DNA of 64,000 nucleotides, from NCBI GenBank assembly GCA_002633005.1, contig NMRA01000474.1:62001-126000 (forward strand), read 5' to 3'. The notes under the pieces were generated by a model. It was not told the origin of the DNA. It was given only the letters and a program-made list of their open reading frames with translations, and ran no database searches. Each line of letters begins with the position of its first letter. Position 1 is the first letter of the stretch. This document shows, in pieces, positions 14,009 through 26,840 of this stretch. Position numbers and translations under genes: made by a program. Source of the DNA: Phoronis australis (taxonomy: Eukaryota > Animalia > Phoronida).

Positions 14009-17000
14009 TTACGACTGCAACTCTTCCTTATCGTCCACAGCTTTGTACATGCAGCACGTGATGGCCATGCCAATCAACTGGACCATGGCTATACCAAGAC
14101 TAACGCCGCCAACTATCAGCAAATTGTCTTTGATCCACATTTCGAAACGTGGCAAACAACCCTGGAAATTAAGCAGAAAAACGTTTATTAAATTAACACA
14201 CTCTGTTCAGTGATTTTAGAGAGAAACATTAATATGAGAACCCTGGCGAGTCCGGTGGGTTCTGTCATAAGAATTTGCCTTTTATAATTCGACAAGCACA
14301 CGCGCGCACTCAGCCTTCAATATGGGGGCTCGAATTGCTGGCGATGTGGACCTTTTACTAACAAAATAGCAGACAAAAAAGTACCACGATCCGAGAGCTG
14401 TACGTGCTGTGAATTTGAAGTCTGCGTTTGCGCCTTTTTAGTGCACTTTTTATCTTGTTTTCTCGGACTTTTTGTTTCTCTGAGGCGGACCTTGGCCACT
14501 TAGCCAAATGGGGGGTCTCGTTCGGGCCCCCCNAGGTCTACAGTCAGGAATTCGAGCCCCCCATATTGAAGGTTGGGTGCGCGCATGCATTCCTAATTAC
14601 AAATGATAAAACCCTGTACGTAGTGTAATTCATCGGCCGGTTCAACGGGAACATTCGCCCGCCTACTCACTCGGTTTATCTAAGTTTGAAGCTACGTCTT
14701 CGGCTTGACGCAAGAGGATGAGTCGACAATAATTTCAGCTATCATTGTTTTGACTATGTCTCTGTGTCTAACAATTGCGCTGTCATTTCTTAGCCTCTCC
14801 TATGTTCTTGTGACTTACTGCGATTCCTTGCAGTGAACGTTTTTAAATAGACGAATTAAAATCCTGTACGTACAAGCTACTGGCCATAACTGAAGCGGCA
14901 AATAATTTGGTGTTTTCAGCCATTAAAAACCTTTTTTCAAGTAAATAAGTGTGGTGTTGGGTGTACCTCAGTGTATATTTTATCCATTTTTGTCGGTGCG
15001 GGAAATCCAACATTACACCCCGGGTCAGTGGGGCGGATACAGCAAGAAGTGGGCACGGCGCATCCATGTCTCTCCCTGTCGAACAGAGGGTCCTTGATGT
15101 ATTGTGAGTGGAGCCAAGATGTGTATGCAAGGTCGCCGCAGCATTGAAACTGAAACGTAATATTGAGACGGCGAACTTTATTTTCCACCCGGAAGCAAAA
15201 AGGCGCAAAGTCTGTTTCCATCTGTTGGTGTCCATCTATGGCTGGCCGATGGCACTGCACAGAGAGGCGGGTCTTGGCTTGGAGAAGCCACTCATGATGG
15301 CGCGTAAAATACCGGAACTAAAGCAAAACATTTTTCCTTCATTCTTTCGAGATCGACGATGACCTAAGTTTGTGTCATTTCGTTGGCATACGCAATTGCT
15401 CGATACACACTAAACTAGGTTGTGTAATCATCATTTTTAAACCCGCCTTCTGTCACAAAAACCATTTTTAGATCACGACAGCTATAAGAAGTTGGCATAA
15501 AACTGTTCCTTAATAGCCAGGGCTTGGAATATTCCTCTTTTAAGAGGATTTCCTCTTTCTTGGTTTCGATTTCCAATAATTGATTTCTAGTTTTACTCTT
15601 TTCACATTTGTTTTTTTATCGTCACTTTTCGTTTTAATAACAAGTTGAAACCAATTCTGGATAGGTAAGTGGTCTAAATCAACAGTTCGTTTGTCACAAC
15701 AGAACCTCCCCGGATTTATAATAAGCAAAATGGCAATTTTTTAAAATACGCTTTTTTGCCAGGCTTTTCGGGCATACATTAAAAACATGTACCAAAGTGA
15801 ATTGACTGAGGAACTGTTTATCAAAGCCGCATTTTATCCTTTTAGTCGCATTTTACCGTTTAGCTGACTAAAACGAATCGCAAGCAGTCAGTTGTTTCCG
15901 CGAAATACTAATGAAAGTAACTTAAAATGTCTAAAGAACAATTTGAGGTAAATTTCATAACGGTGAAAGATCTGAACGAAAGTTGTTTTTTGTTGGTAGG
16001 CAGGTTTATTGTCAGTTTTACTAAGTCAAAGTATTTTAAAAGAAACATATGTTAAGACAGTATATTGATAATTAGATGTGTCGTAAACTATTTTAGTTAC
16101 CTCTTGTTGTAAGACGTCTATTGCCAAAGTATCCATCTTAAATTGCTTATAGCCATACTCGTTCTTCATTGTGTAGTTGAGTTGAGCGTCAATTCGTAAT
16201 CGCACTTCATCAAATAACATGTACGAAACAATTGAGGCCGCGACCTCAGCGGCGAAGATGAGAAACAAAAGCCCAAAATACTGAAATAAGAGAATATCTT
16301 GAAGTAAACCAAATGGTTATCACAAGGGGCGTTCAAAATGTAGCAAGAATTGCCTTATACCAGGAAGGCATTACCTAACCCTAACTCTGCTTATATCCAA
16401 ATAGGCGCACGCGTACACTTGTGAGTTCCAGGTAGACTCGAGATCTCGTGAATGCTTTGAATCAGATAAGTTCGTCGCATCTCTTTTGGCAAAACCTTAG
16501 TTGACCAGTGTACTATATGAGATGACATCAATTCCTTTGACGCACTAGCAAAGAGTAAGTGTGCAACTGCCAAACATGTCTACCCATGAACGTCGGTGTT
16601 CTGCCGTTCTCAAATGTTAACATCAACACACCGACCTGGTCCTCTAGTACGATGGTTAGACGTTTGGTCCATCGACGGCAGGAGGCAGTATTCATTTTCT
16701 TGAAGTTACAAACTTGCTTTTTTGCAGAGCACAGTATTGTACTTTTTGACGCCTTTAAACTGAATTTCTGTCTCTTGTACTGAAATTTCTGGTTCATCAA
16801 CTGTTTATTAAAACTCGCCTCAAACATTAGCCACCCCTGGTAATGTAGCAGATTTTGACCGGACTTTTAAAAACAACTAGTCCAAACTTATGACGCCACA
16901 CGGCAGTAGTTTTGTCTCAAAGATATATAAGAAATATTTTTTGTCAAATAAATGTACATGCTGAGAGGCCAAAAACAAGATTTCGTGGTCTCCATTTTCG

Positions 17001-17693
17001 TTTGCATAAAATTCTTGTGAAATTTATCATCGAATTAAGCTTCGTTGAATGTTGCGCTAACTACCGAAGAGATATGCGTGCACGATCAGGCAAAATTGCC
17101 TACACTGTGCTAAGTTTTAGGAAAAAATGCAAGCTAGTCCAAAATTAATAGATGCTCAGAAAAAAATCAAGTGACAAGTGCAAAAAATATATCTGAAGTT
17201 GAAGGATAATATTTATTGAAGAAGTTCACTGTAACTGGTGGTTAACAACATACCGTTCCTAGAAGAATTTTATGTTCTTTTAAAGCACCACAAAAGCCCG
17301 CGAAGCCAATACCCAGAGCCACGGAGCCGGCACCGATGAGTATGTAACCACCGATAGGATACAGGTCACTGCCAATCAACGAGTCGTATTTGGACTTCTC
17401 CACACGAACCCATATTCCTATGGCGAGAATCGCCACACCTGTCATCTAAAAACGAAACAAATTTCCTGTTTTTTTAACAAACACACGTATTCCGTAAACG
17501 AGGAATAGGGCACAACGTGATTTAGTTTTGTAACGAAGAAACTTGCTGTAAAATTTCCAAGACCAGCGAAAAACAAAAATGACAATTCTTTACTCTAGTG
17601 AGAATGAAGAAAGTTCTGATGCCATACCCAAAACAACACGGTGAAGCCGTACACCATATATTTCGTACATCGTAGCGTGCAGGCAGATCCCAT
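14009..17693 (-). CDS. Tetraspanin (CD151/TSPAN11-like), 257 aa
   Basis: Five phase-0 exons: 17693-17628 (MGSACTLRCTKYMVYGFTVLFW), 17445-17254, 16280-16101, 15149-14967 (FQCCG...VPTSCC...GC), 14161-14009 (GCLPRFEMWIKDNLLIVGGVSLGIAMVQLIGMAITCCMY...TAA). Four TM segments, GFAGFCGA in TM2, CCG and PxSCC motifs in the large loop. Confidence 0.93.
14297..14588. mobile_element. MITE in tetraspanin intron 4
   Basis: Inverted repeats of about 45 bp (GCGCGCACTCAGCCTTCAATATGGGGGCTCGAATT / AATTCGAGCCCCCCATATTGAAGGTTGGGTGCGCGC). An N at 14533 means the interior may be incomplete. Confidence 0.7.
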
Positions 17694-19794
17694 ATCCAAG
17701 TAGCGACGATAGACCACTAGAGCGGAGACGTTCACAATTTTTTTTAAAACCCTAGTACTTTATCGGAAATCCTTCCTCATGCTGGTTCACCTCGACGTCA
17801 GGTACAATCAGACCACTCGAAGGTACTAACAATGACATGCGCCCAGTTACCAAGAATGGCTCGTTGTCCCCGTATTCTCTCGCGCAATATCCGTGTAAGT
17901 GGTGCTAATACTTGAATTTGTACGGCGATTGATAAATAATCCAAACTTTAGACAATAATCCCCAAATCAAGTCTCGCTTGCCAAACAGAGCGCGATGGCT
18001 CGTCACACAATCTAAATATCTCAGCTTGGGCAACTTTTATTAGATAACCGCGGATACTATCATACAGGAGAAGAACGTGTTAATATTAACTCCAGGCCTT
18101 GATAACGTGATTCAACAGCGCGTCCTATGTCCCAAGGCTCCACTCTGATCGCACAATAGTTACTAGAACTTTGAAAATTTTGCTCTCTGCCTCTCTCTCT
18201 TTCAAGTGAGGGTGATCGTGCGTGCGTACTGCAGGTACAGAAGTAATAAAGGCATTTAATTCTCGGCCATGAGTCTTGAGTTTGCTACAAGTTTATACAT
18301 GTCATAACACGGCCAGACAATGAACGGTGGGGCTATATCTCCGGGAGCTAAGGAAACGCCCAGTATTTATAACCAAATAGAAATATTTGAAGTTTTTGAC
18401 GTCATCCGAACCGTGTCTTTTATTCGACGTGAACGTTGCGAACAAGTAGTAGTGTTTAAAAAATAACACTGCGTTCACCTACACCGAAGAACAATCCGGC
18501 GTTCAAATACTGTACGTATTGCAGAAAAACAAATGAGAAGTTACGAAGAGCGTCGCTTGGATGTCAGTTGACAGAATGGCATTCGTTCCCTGTCGTAAAC
18601 ATTGAAATGTCAAAAGTTTATTTCGCATGAAATGATGTTTTAAAAAAAGAGATTTAACCTAGTGCACATATGTTTTATGAATGTCATCTATCTTTTCTCC
18701 GTGTTTCATTTGACAGCGAGCATGGAGGTAGTAACATTCTTATGATTACACTTACGTCACACCAGAAAGTCTTCATAGATTGTCTGAACACCAAAGACCT
18801 TCAGCGTTTACTTGAGCCAGGTCACTTTCCCTTAGCAAGAAGCATAAAATAGCTAGCTATCACAACATGGCAAAATATATGTCTTCGACTTCATAAAGTG
18901 TAGATGGAAAAATGTCAAATTTCTTCACAGAAAAAATGTTTTCAGCGAACAAAAAGAATGCAATTGTAGAATGCAAAACAACCATTCAGGAGAGTATTGA
19001 TGAGGCTCTATCGGATATCTTGGAAAGAGGTAGCGCAAAATGGAATGTGAATGGTTACGGTTGAGAAAGCGATGATGTGATGCAGCTTGGTGTGACAATT
19101 AACCAATAAACGTGCAATGTATGAAACAGTGAAGGAATTCAGACGGTAGAGGTAAAATTAAGACTGAGAGGGAAGAATAAGTAGTTGTTACGAAACACTC
19201 GAAAATGATAACTTCATAAAACTTAGCAAGGAACCTGACTCCAGTGTGAAGAACTTGATAAAATTCCAGGGTGATTTGACCTCTAATAAAAAAGTTGCAT
19301 ATCGCCAGTTCACTGTCAATGCGAGGGTGTTTTTACGGTAATTTCTTTGTATGCAAACTTTTAAGTTAGTAATGGAAATGAAGCTACGTGTGATGTACAC
19401 GTATGTCTATGTAACAATAACGTTCTTGACAGCGCCTATAACCTAAAATATGGAGAGTAGAGTATTGATAAATTATAAATTGACAAATCACTCGGAATAG
19501 ACGAAATCTTCAGAGAATACTCACACACCAAATAAGAAAATAACGATATTCAAGCGATAAAATCAGGAACCTCTATTTCAGAAAACGGCTGAAATAAAAT
19601 TGAACAAATCTGTGGATTTTGTTATTTTATAGCTCTAGTCAAAGCTAATAACTGGTGTCCAACAATTATCCTCAAAATGCGTGTTTCGGCCCTAAAATCA
19701 ATTGTATCCCTTTAATTAAAGAAGTCTAAGTAAAAAGGGTGATATAAGAGAGCAAGAATTCACTTGCTGTAAACAGTTTTCATAAATTAAGTCC

Positions 19795-19952
19795 CAGTGG
19801 CGGATATAGAGAGGGGCCAAGGGGGCCATGCCTCCCGCTAAGATTCTCCCACCTTCCATTTTGCAGTTCAGAGGTGTGAATGTCTGACGGGTAAAATCCT
19901 AGCTAATACTCTGTCCTGCCCCCCCCAACTCAAAATCCTGGATCCGCCCCTG
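19795..19952. mobile_element. Short non-autonomous DNA element
   Basis: TIR-like CAGTGGCGGAT...ATCCGCCCCTG with G-rich and C-rich subterminal tracts. A partial related end lies at about 25178-25221. Confidence 0.6.
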
Positions 19953-22433
19953 ACTCCTGTCCAATGAAGAACTTTAGTTGCTATAGATGTGTTGAACAGA
20001 CTTGCAGTTTGCCTGGTTTTTAGTCACAGATCACTGATATCTGTGACCATCGCTCAATACACAAGTAAAATTTCAACAGCTTATGAACGGAATAAGCAGC
20101 GACCAACAAAGTCAAGTCAGGGCGTAACGTGAGTGAACGGTAAGGTCGTTCACACTGTAAGCTTCAATGACTAATTTGGGGATTCCAATACCTATAGATT
20201 GAACACGTTAAAACATTCTCATGGAAGATAAGCACGAACACGAACAGGATGGGTGCTATGACACTAGTCATACTTGTCAATTTTTATCAGATTTTTTTTG
20301 ACAAGAATGCTCCGACAGTATGACACAGCGAATAAGGGCCAGGACTTGAACACAGATACAAATGATCGAAGTACAAAACCAGATAATCCAAATACCTAGA
20401 TCTCATCATTCGTGACAATTTGTATTTTCCGAGTTTTTTAACTACAAAAATCTAGTTAGAAGACTTCGTTCAAAAATTCCCGTTCAAATTTCTTTCATAG
20501 TCATTCGACGACCTGAGATGTCTTCTAGTGAAACATTAAAATCAGATTTAACAAATAATAATTTCACTGCGACGCGTCAACTAAGCTGTATTGTTTCGCT
20601 ACTCGGGACTAGTCCAAATATAACCTGGCATATGCGTGATAAATGAAGCTAAATCGACGTGTTAACAAACAAAGGATTCCAATTCAAAACATGAATAATG
20701 GTTTTCAAAGATGACCCTGAGAAAAATACGCTGTTAATGAAAACGCCCACGACCAACGTAAGGAGCATAGGTTACCCAGTTTTTTGCGAAAAAAAATTCT
20801 CCCAGTTGTTTTGCTTTAGAGCGAACGGTGGAATATGGTCGGTGGGAAAAACGACTAAAACATGGCAGATATTTTGTTTCAAGTGACACAACGCTTCAGA
20901 ATTGAGTGCAGGGCTTCCAGGCTCTGAACACGTCTTCACAAAATCCTGCACCACAATCTTTTTGCCAGTCATCAATGTGCTTTTCTGTACTATCAAGAAA
21001 GTGTGAGGTGCTCTTTGAATTTAATGTATTTCTTACTACTGATGTGCTTATCAGTGAAAAATGGTGTTCAGTGTCTTCCAACATAGGAGATCATTTTGTA
21101 GGTGCACCACCAGAAAGAAAATTAAAAAGTTCTCTCGAAAATTCCATTCATTTAAGAAAATGTATAGAAAGTGTCTCATTTGTTGTTTTGACAAACTTGA
21201 TTTTTAAAACTTCTGATCGAACTACCCTCAACCACGAACTACCCTCAACCACCGAAGTGGACAGGGCATCTTGTCTGACAGATTTTAAACAAGAGAAACA
21301 GTTTCCATAAATGTCATGTTGTTTCATATTAAATTTTCCACTTTTACAGCAAAAATTCTATTCTAAGAATTTTAACTAGAACGTCTCTAGTAACAGTTAT
21401 TACAGAAGTACAAGTTACAATTCTCAGAATTGATTTTTTAATAAGAAGAGCCACATTTCCGAATTCAACTCTCCTTATTTGGGAGGTAAAAACATACAAA
21501 GTTGACCCACTTATCAAAAGGTTAGGCCACAAACTCACTTCTGGTGCTGGGATCTCATCTTTTTACTAGAAATTGAACTTGAAATTATTTTTTACATTTC
21601 CCGTTATATTTCTGTATGAACTCAAAATAAGTGTCTTATTCTTTTGTGCTCGAGTATATCATGGCCAACAGGGATGACTATTTTTTAAATCCCATCTTGC
21701 ACGTGATGACCCCAACATTAAAGACGTAAGTCCAAGTATGAACTCAGAATTTAGAGTTTTTACCCGAGTTTGTAGCTTGAATCCTGGGGTCATCCAGTTT
21801 GTATAATCCTTAATATAATCAGGTCCAGAATAATAGATAATTATCAGAAGTTTGTATTAAAAGAGAAAAGCAAATGCCAAATATAATTTTGAGCTCAATT
21901 TCAAGTAAAAAGATTAGAAAAGTGAAACATGATTACCACACCCCACTCAACTTGTCAAAAATAAATTTCTTTGAGTTGCAACATACTGTGAAGCAGAAAA
22001 AGTTAATTGGGATTTGAATTAAGAATGACAAAATTTTGATGGAAAATGGTGATAAACATGACAACAGTGATCTGTGTGCTTTCCTTAGACGCAGCACACA
22101 GGACGGTGAAGTATTTTGGGATGTGATTATCGACTAAGTGAAGAAGTGTTAAAAATCCACTAGAGGGATGGGTGGTTGACCCACCTACCCACATGAAGAT
22201 GTGTTGCAGGATTTTTACCCACGAAACTTATCTCCACCATCTTTACCAGAAAATTTCTACCTTCGTGTACACAGGTAGCTGAACAAGATACTCTAAATCT
22301 AATTTCCAAATTCATCAACATTTTGGTTAATTATCACATTATTTAGAGACACTTTTCGTCCGATTACCTTAGGTCAGAAAGTAAACAAATGCAGGCCGAT
22401 TTTTTTAAAATCAATTGTCAAGACATAATTCCA

Positions 22434-23857
22434 CTAATCAAACATTCCTTTCAAACGAGACGCTAACTTCTCTTCCTGTTTCTTCCGTCTCTGAACAACA
22501 GTTGTCAGCTCTCTCTGCACCTGTTTATTGTTTGGCTCCAATTGTTTGATGGCGGTGTAGTCCACGATGGCCTCGTCCAACATGTCCAGACTAGAGTAAG
22601 CAATAGCTCTCCTGTACAAGCCCTTCACATTGTCAGTCTGCATCATCAGTGCCTTGCTGCAGTTCCTTATCACGTGCTGGTAGTTATGATACTTTAATTG
22701 GCAAGCTGCCAAGTTCAAGTAACAGCTCACTGAGAGAGTGATATCAGAGTCGGACAGAGAGTCTGCGCATATCAAATACTTAAGGGCACGACTGTAGTGC
22801 TGGAATGCAAATTCGACGTTGCCATTTTTAAACAGCTCCGTTCCTTTCTCTTTGTGGTGCGCAGCTTTTGTTAACTTTTCCTCATTTGTGAGCTCATGGA
22901 ATGGGGGAGTGACCTGAAATTCCTCCATACATATAGTCAGATTAGAGGTCACTGCAGGGTCACTGTTATCCGTTATAACAAAGTCACTGATTTCGCCTTC
23001 CTTCATTGTCTGCACACAAATGTCTATCGTTTCCATGGCGTCAGAGTCAGCGTCGCCGATGGTGATTACTCCAGACTGTATGAAGTCCTTGCAGAGCTGA
23101 CACTGAAGTGTTCCATCAATGTTTGACAGTGAAACTCTGCATGTTGACCCAGCATGGGGAGATAATTCCCCTTCTCCAGGCGTAATCAAATGCTTCTTGA
23201 ATGACCAACCAGAAGGCAGAACTTCACAATCGTTTTCCAGCATATCCATCACTAAAATTAAAAAGCATCAAACTTTAGGATAAAGTCACATTAGAAACTT
23301 GGACCAATTTACGGCACTGCACCTTCACAGTCGTCAAAAGAGCTGTTAATCAGGGAATTTGAAATTCCAAGCTCCTAGTTGTTATGTGGAGCAGATCAAG
23401 CAATTACTACACTTGTGATGACTTTATGGCAATAAAACACTGGCTATAAGAAAGTGACTGAGTACATGGGACTCGAATCGTAGACTTTAGTGTCACGTGC
23501 CGGGCCGTGAGCTTTGTAAAGTCTCTCCCTTGTTGTTGCCTATCTTGCATGACTTTCATTTAAATACTTTGTGGTGAAAACGTTAACGGCGGCCAAAAAG
23601 TGGAGTTGGAAATCTTCGCCAAGTCATCTAAATTTCTATAGATTTGCTTATGATTGTTAGGATTGTGTTTAGAGCTGGAAATGATTGTTGAAGTAAGAGA
23701 TTCTTTAAGACAACTTTAAGTGTAACACCTATTTTGATGAGATCAACCGTTAATCAGTGACTGCGTTTCCACAACCGCTAGCATATGCATTACAGCCACA
23801 GTTCAAATCAAATATAATCCGGCAACATGCAGGACCTATACTTGCCAGAGATGCCAT
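22434..23857 (-). CDS. FKBPL: FKBP-like protein (degenerate FKBP fold plus 3 TPRs, Hsp90 co-chaperone type)
   Basis: Main exon 23251-22434 follows a tttag acceptor. SFKKHLITPGEGELSPHAGSTCRV, KGTELFKNGN, YLNLAACQLK, KGLYRRAIA and the C-terminus LASRLKGMFD parallel human FKBPL (GSFVKKIVIRGHG...GSCCRV; ...LAQGLRKMFG). A small upstream exon 23857-23842 (ATGGCATCTCTGGCAA|gtatag) joins in frame but is tentative; the alternative start is the ATG at 23249. Confidence 0.85.
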
Positions 23858-24343
23858 CGTTCTTGGAGGGAAACTAAAACAGTTATTGGTGCTTGCTTGA
23901 CGAATCGCTCACCGGAAATTAACTGTACAATTAGTGCCACCTATGGGTAATAAAACAAACGAAATAACCTGTCTCCCTCTGGAGTCTGGTTTTTTTGGCC
24001 ACCCGGGCGTGCAAAGAAGCCACACTCCCGTAGTGGTCCAGAGTACCATTGTTACTCATAATATAATATTGTTGGTGTGGTTTCGACAGATTATTCAGCC
24101 ATAAAGAGATAACGGATTTTTGAATCAACATTTTCAGTTTTTTACTACAAAACTTGCAAGAGCTTAGACTCGGATACGTTTCGGCAGACTGCTTGTAGTA
24201 GTGGCGCACATGTATGCGCGCAATCACTGACGAGGGGGGCTCCGCCGGGCGGGGTGTATAGGCCCTGAACAAACCCCGTTTACGGGTTTTTTTAGTCTAA
24301 AGGTCCGCAAACCCAAAAATTCGAGACCCTAGTGCATCCCTAC

Positions 24344-25100
24344 TGTCGCATACGCGATATTTAACATATCACGTCTGCATGACGCGTTAGCAGAACGCTC
24401 TCTAATATTTGGAATGTGTAGTTGAATATTAGTCACTGAGGAATTTTTTTATTAATATGTCCTTTATCTTAATTCTACATGGTGACCTTGACGTGATGGA
24501 TCAGCAGCAATTTTTAAAACTGAAAGACAGTTGTAAATTTAACGGCGCTAAGCTTAAACAAAATGACGAGAGACGAAGCCACTGAGGAAACTAAGGCTCG
24601 TTACGCCGCGGCGGAGGATACCTCTTACAGAGACTTCATCGAGCACACCAAGGACTGCAGAAAACCATTGACAGAGCCCGAGAAAAGGTTCTTCTGGTCT
24701 GGTATGACGGAACAGATCAAGCAAATGATTCTTGTCCCGAGAATGGGGGTCTAGAAAATCAACCAAAGCAAAAGCCAATACAGTCATCCCCGTTACGACT
24801 AGAAGAATACCAAAGAAATCAGGGTGCACATAAAGCCAGTGTCAGAGGCCCCGTTGCAAGATCCCCTAGAGGAGCCGAGGGAGACAACTAGAACATCTAG
24901 CAGCCGCGACAACAAAGCTGTGCCTGTTGCTAAACCTTCAGCAGATGTTCCGTTACAGGACCTCGCAGAGAGGACGTGGGACACCGCTAGAGCACTTGAT
25001 AATCGCCACAACGAAGTCACACCTCTTGCTGAACCCTCAGCCCGCCCTAGGCGAGAAATTAGGCTTCCTGAGCGTTACAATTATTTTGTTATTAGTTATA
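24344..25100 (+). mobile_element. Internally deleted LTR (Gypsy-like) retrotransposon remnant
   Basis: LTR-like TG...CA (24344-24479) followed directly by a PBS-like TGGTGACC and an ATG. Fragments FFWSGMTEQIKQMI (integrase Zn-finger-like xWPGM motif) and RPRREIRLPERYNYFV (typical pol C-terminal motif). Confidence 0.6.
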
Positions 25101-25834
25101 GAAACACTTGGACGTTTTGTACACCACTGTAGGTCGGTATAGGCGCGCGCATCTGCCGAAATTCTGGTTATTCCTGTGCCCTGGCCCCCCATAACTCAAG
25201 CTAAATCCTGGATTCTCCCCTACTCATAGCATATAGGGGTATTTTGCCGTATCAGTAAAGTTTGAATAAAACGACTACCATAATAAACAGCACAAGTGCA
25301 TGCTCCTATGTGTGAAATAATGCGTTTTTCGAAGTAGGTGATGCGCCAGACCTTCGCAATTAGGCACAGGCGCATCTCCGTACATAGCATGCGTAGGCCC
25401 TGTGTGCTTACATGCAAAATGAAGCATTTTCGTAATTTTTCACTCACATGGGGACATGATGGCTGAATTGACTGGTCTAAAGGTTATTTATCGACTCTCT
25501 GAATTGAATTCCCAAAGTGTTCCAATTAAACCACTGCCACCTCAAAACATTCTCGTTAGATAGCGCTCACTTTGAGTAAGTGCATCAAATGAGATCAAAA
25601 TGGGTCAACCGAAACCGAACGCGAGCCTACAAACTTGGGTTTTATACCCATTTGTCTCTGCTATGGAGATGCTATCGAAGATGCTTCGGAGACTGTTTTT
25701 TTTTTAATACAAGCATGTACAGACCAAGAAATCGCTTTCGAATCATATCCACGTTGCCATTCACGCCCATGCACACGTTCACTAGTAATACGGAGCTCAG
25801 AGGAATAGAAGACACCTTTCTGTAATGCTAGATT

Positions 25835-25901
25835 GTCAGGATTTGAACCAGGGTTTCTCGAACGGGCCGTGCGGAGCTGTTACCACTGAGCCACAGTCTC
25901 C
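25835..25901 (-). mobile_element. tRNA-like SINE head fragment
   Basis: Minus strand GGAGACTGTGGCTCAGTGGTAAC...GGTTCAAATCC has A and B boxes but no clean cloverleaf. Confidence 0.55.
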
Positions 25902-26840
25902 TCAAGAGACTGTTATGACGAGTTGGATCTTTAAAATCATTTCTAAAAGAGTGAGCCCTACTCTGTATGAATTCGCCCCATCACAATCATACTTATCGCG
26001 AATACAAGGACAGTAGAAATGCATTGGTGACAAGCTACCAGAACATTTTTGTACGTAAACACGACAGCTTCGTATTCGAGTGACTGAACCATAAACTCTT
26101 ACATGTAAATGAATGGGCACATACTCGGGAACAAGAAATAGTGACAACTTGTGCGACAAACCAAGTCGCTTGTATTTACCTACGTCGACACGTGAAACTC
26201 AGGATGGGCCAAAACCATAATTCAGGAATATGTTTGAACCATAACTCAGATATTCGCCACAAAACGAATCAACATACTAATTTTCTGGGAGTTTGGCCAA
26301 AATCTAAACCAGCTGTGTACAAAACAGCGTTTACCCACATGGATGCATGGAAGTTGTGACCAGGCAAAAATTCAAGTATTGTCAAAAGGCAGAAATGTGT
26401 CCAGATGTATCATTCCACAAATAGGCTTGCGTGATAGAAATATTCTTTGTGCTGTAAAGTTAACCAAAGTAAACATTTTTGCATGAATGAAGTCAAAATA
26501 ATGATAAAAAGAGAGACGAAGAGAGGAAACTGGAAATAATATAAGAGGAAATCGAAACCAAAAAAGAGGAAATCCTTTTAATAAGAGGAAAAATCCATGC
26601 CCTGAGCCATACTTTTTATGAAGGTTTGGTGAAATTCGCCATATATAGGAGTTGGAAACACAGAGTATTATCCTCTGCACCAACAGGAAATCAAGCGACA
26701 GGTGCTGTTCATTTCTATAACCCTTCACAGAGACGATTATCAAGGATCAATGCACGTAGTTGTATAGAAACAATATTGGTCAACCTGAATAACGACCAGT
26801 ATACAATATTTTACATTTTTATTTTTCGATTAGAAACAGT

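Noticed and set aside
15150-15260. In-frame upstream extension of tetraspanin exon 4
   Set aside because: The tttcag acceptor at 15150 gives the canonical spacing before CCG; the extension looks intronic.
16374-16386. Telomerase-template or telomere-like CCTAACCCTAAC
   Set aside because: Only two units, with no supporting structure.
20698-21310. Overlapping ORFs of 62-134 aa between the tetraspanin and FKBPL
   Set aside because: No recognisable domain or consistent splice structure; stops interrupt both strands.
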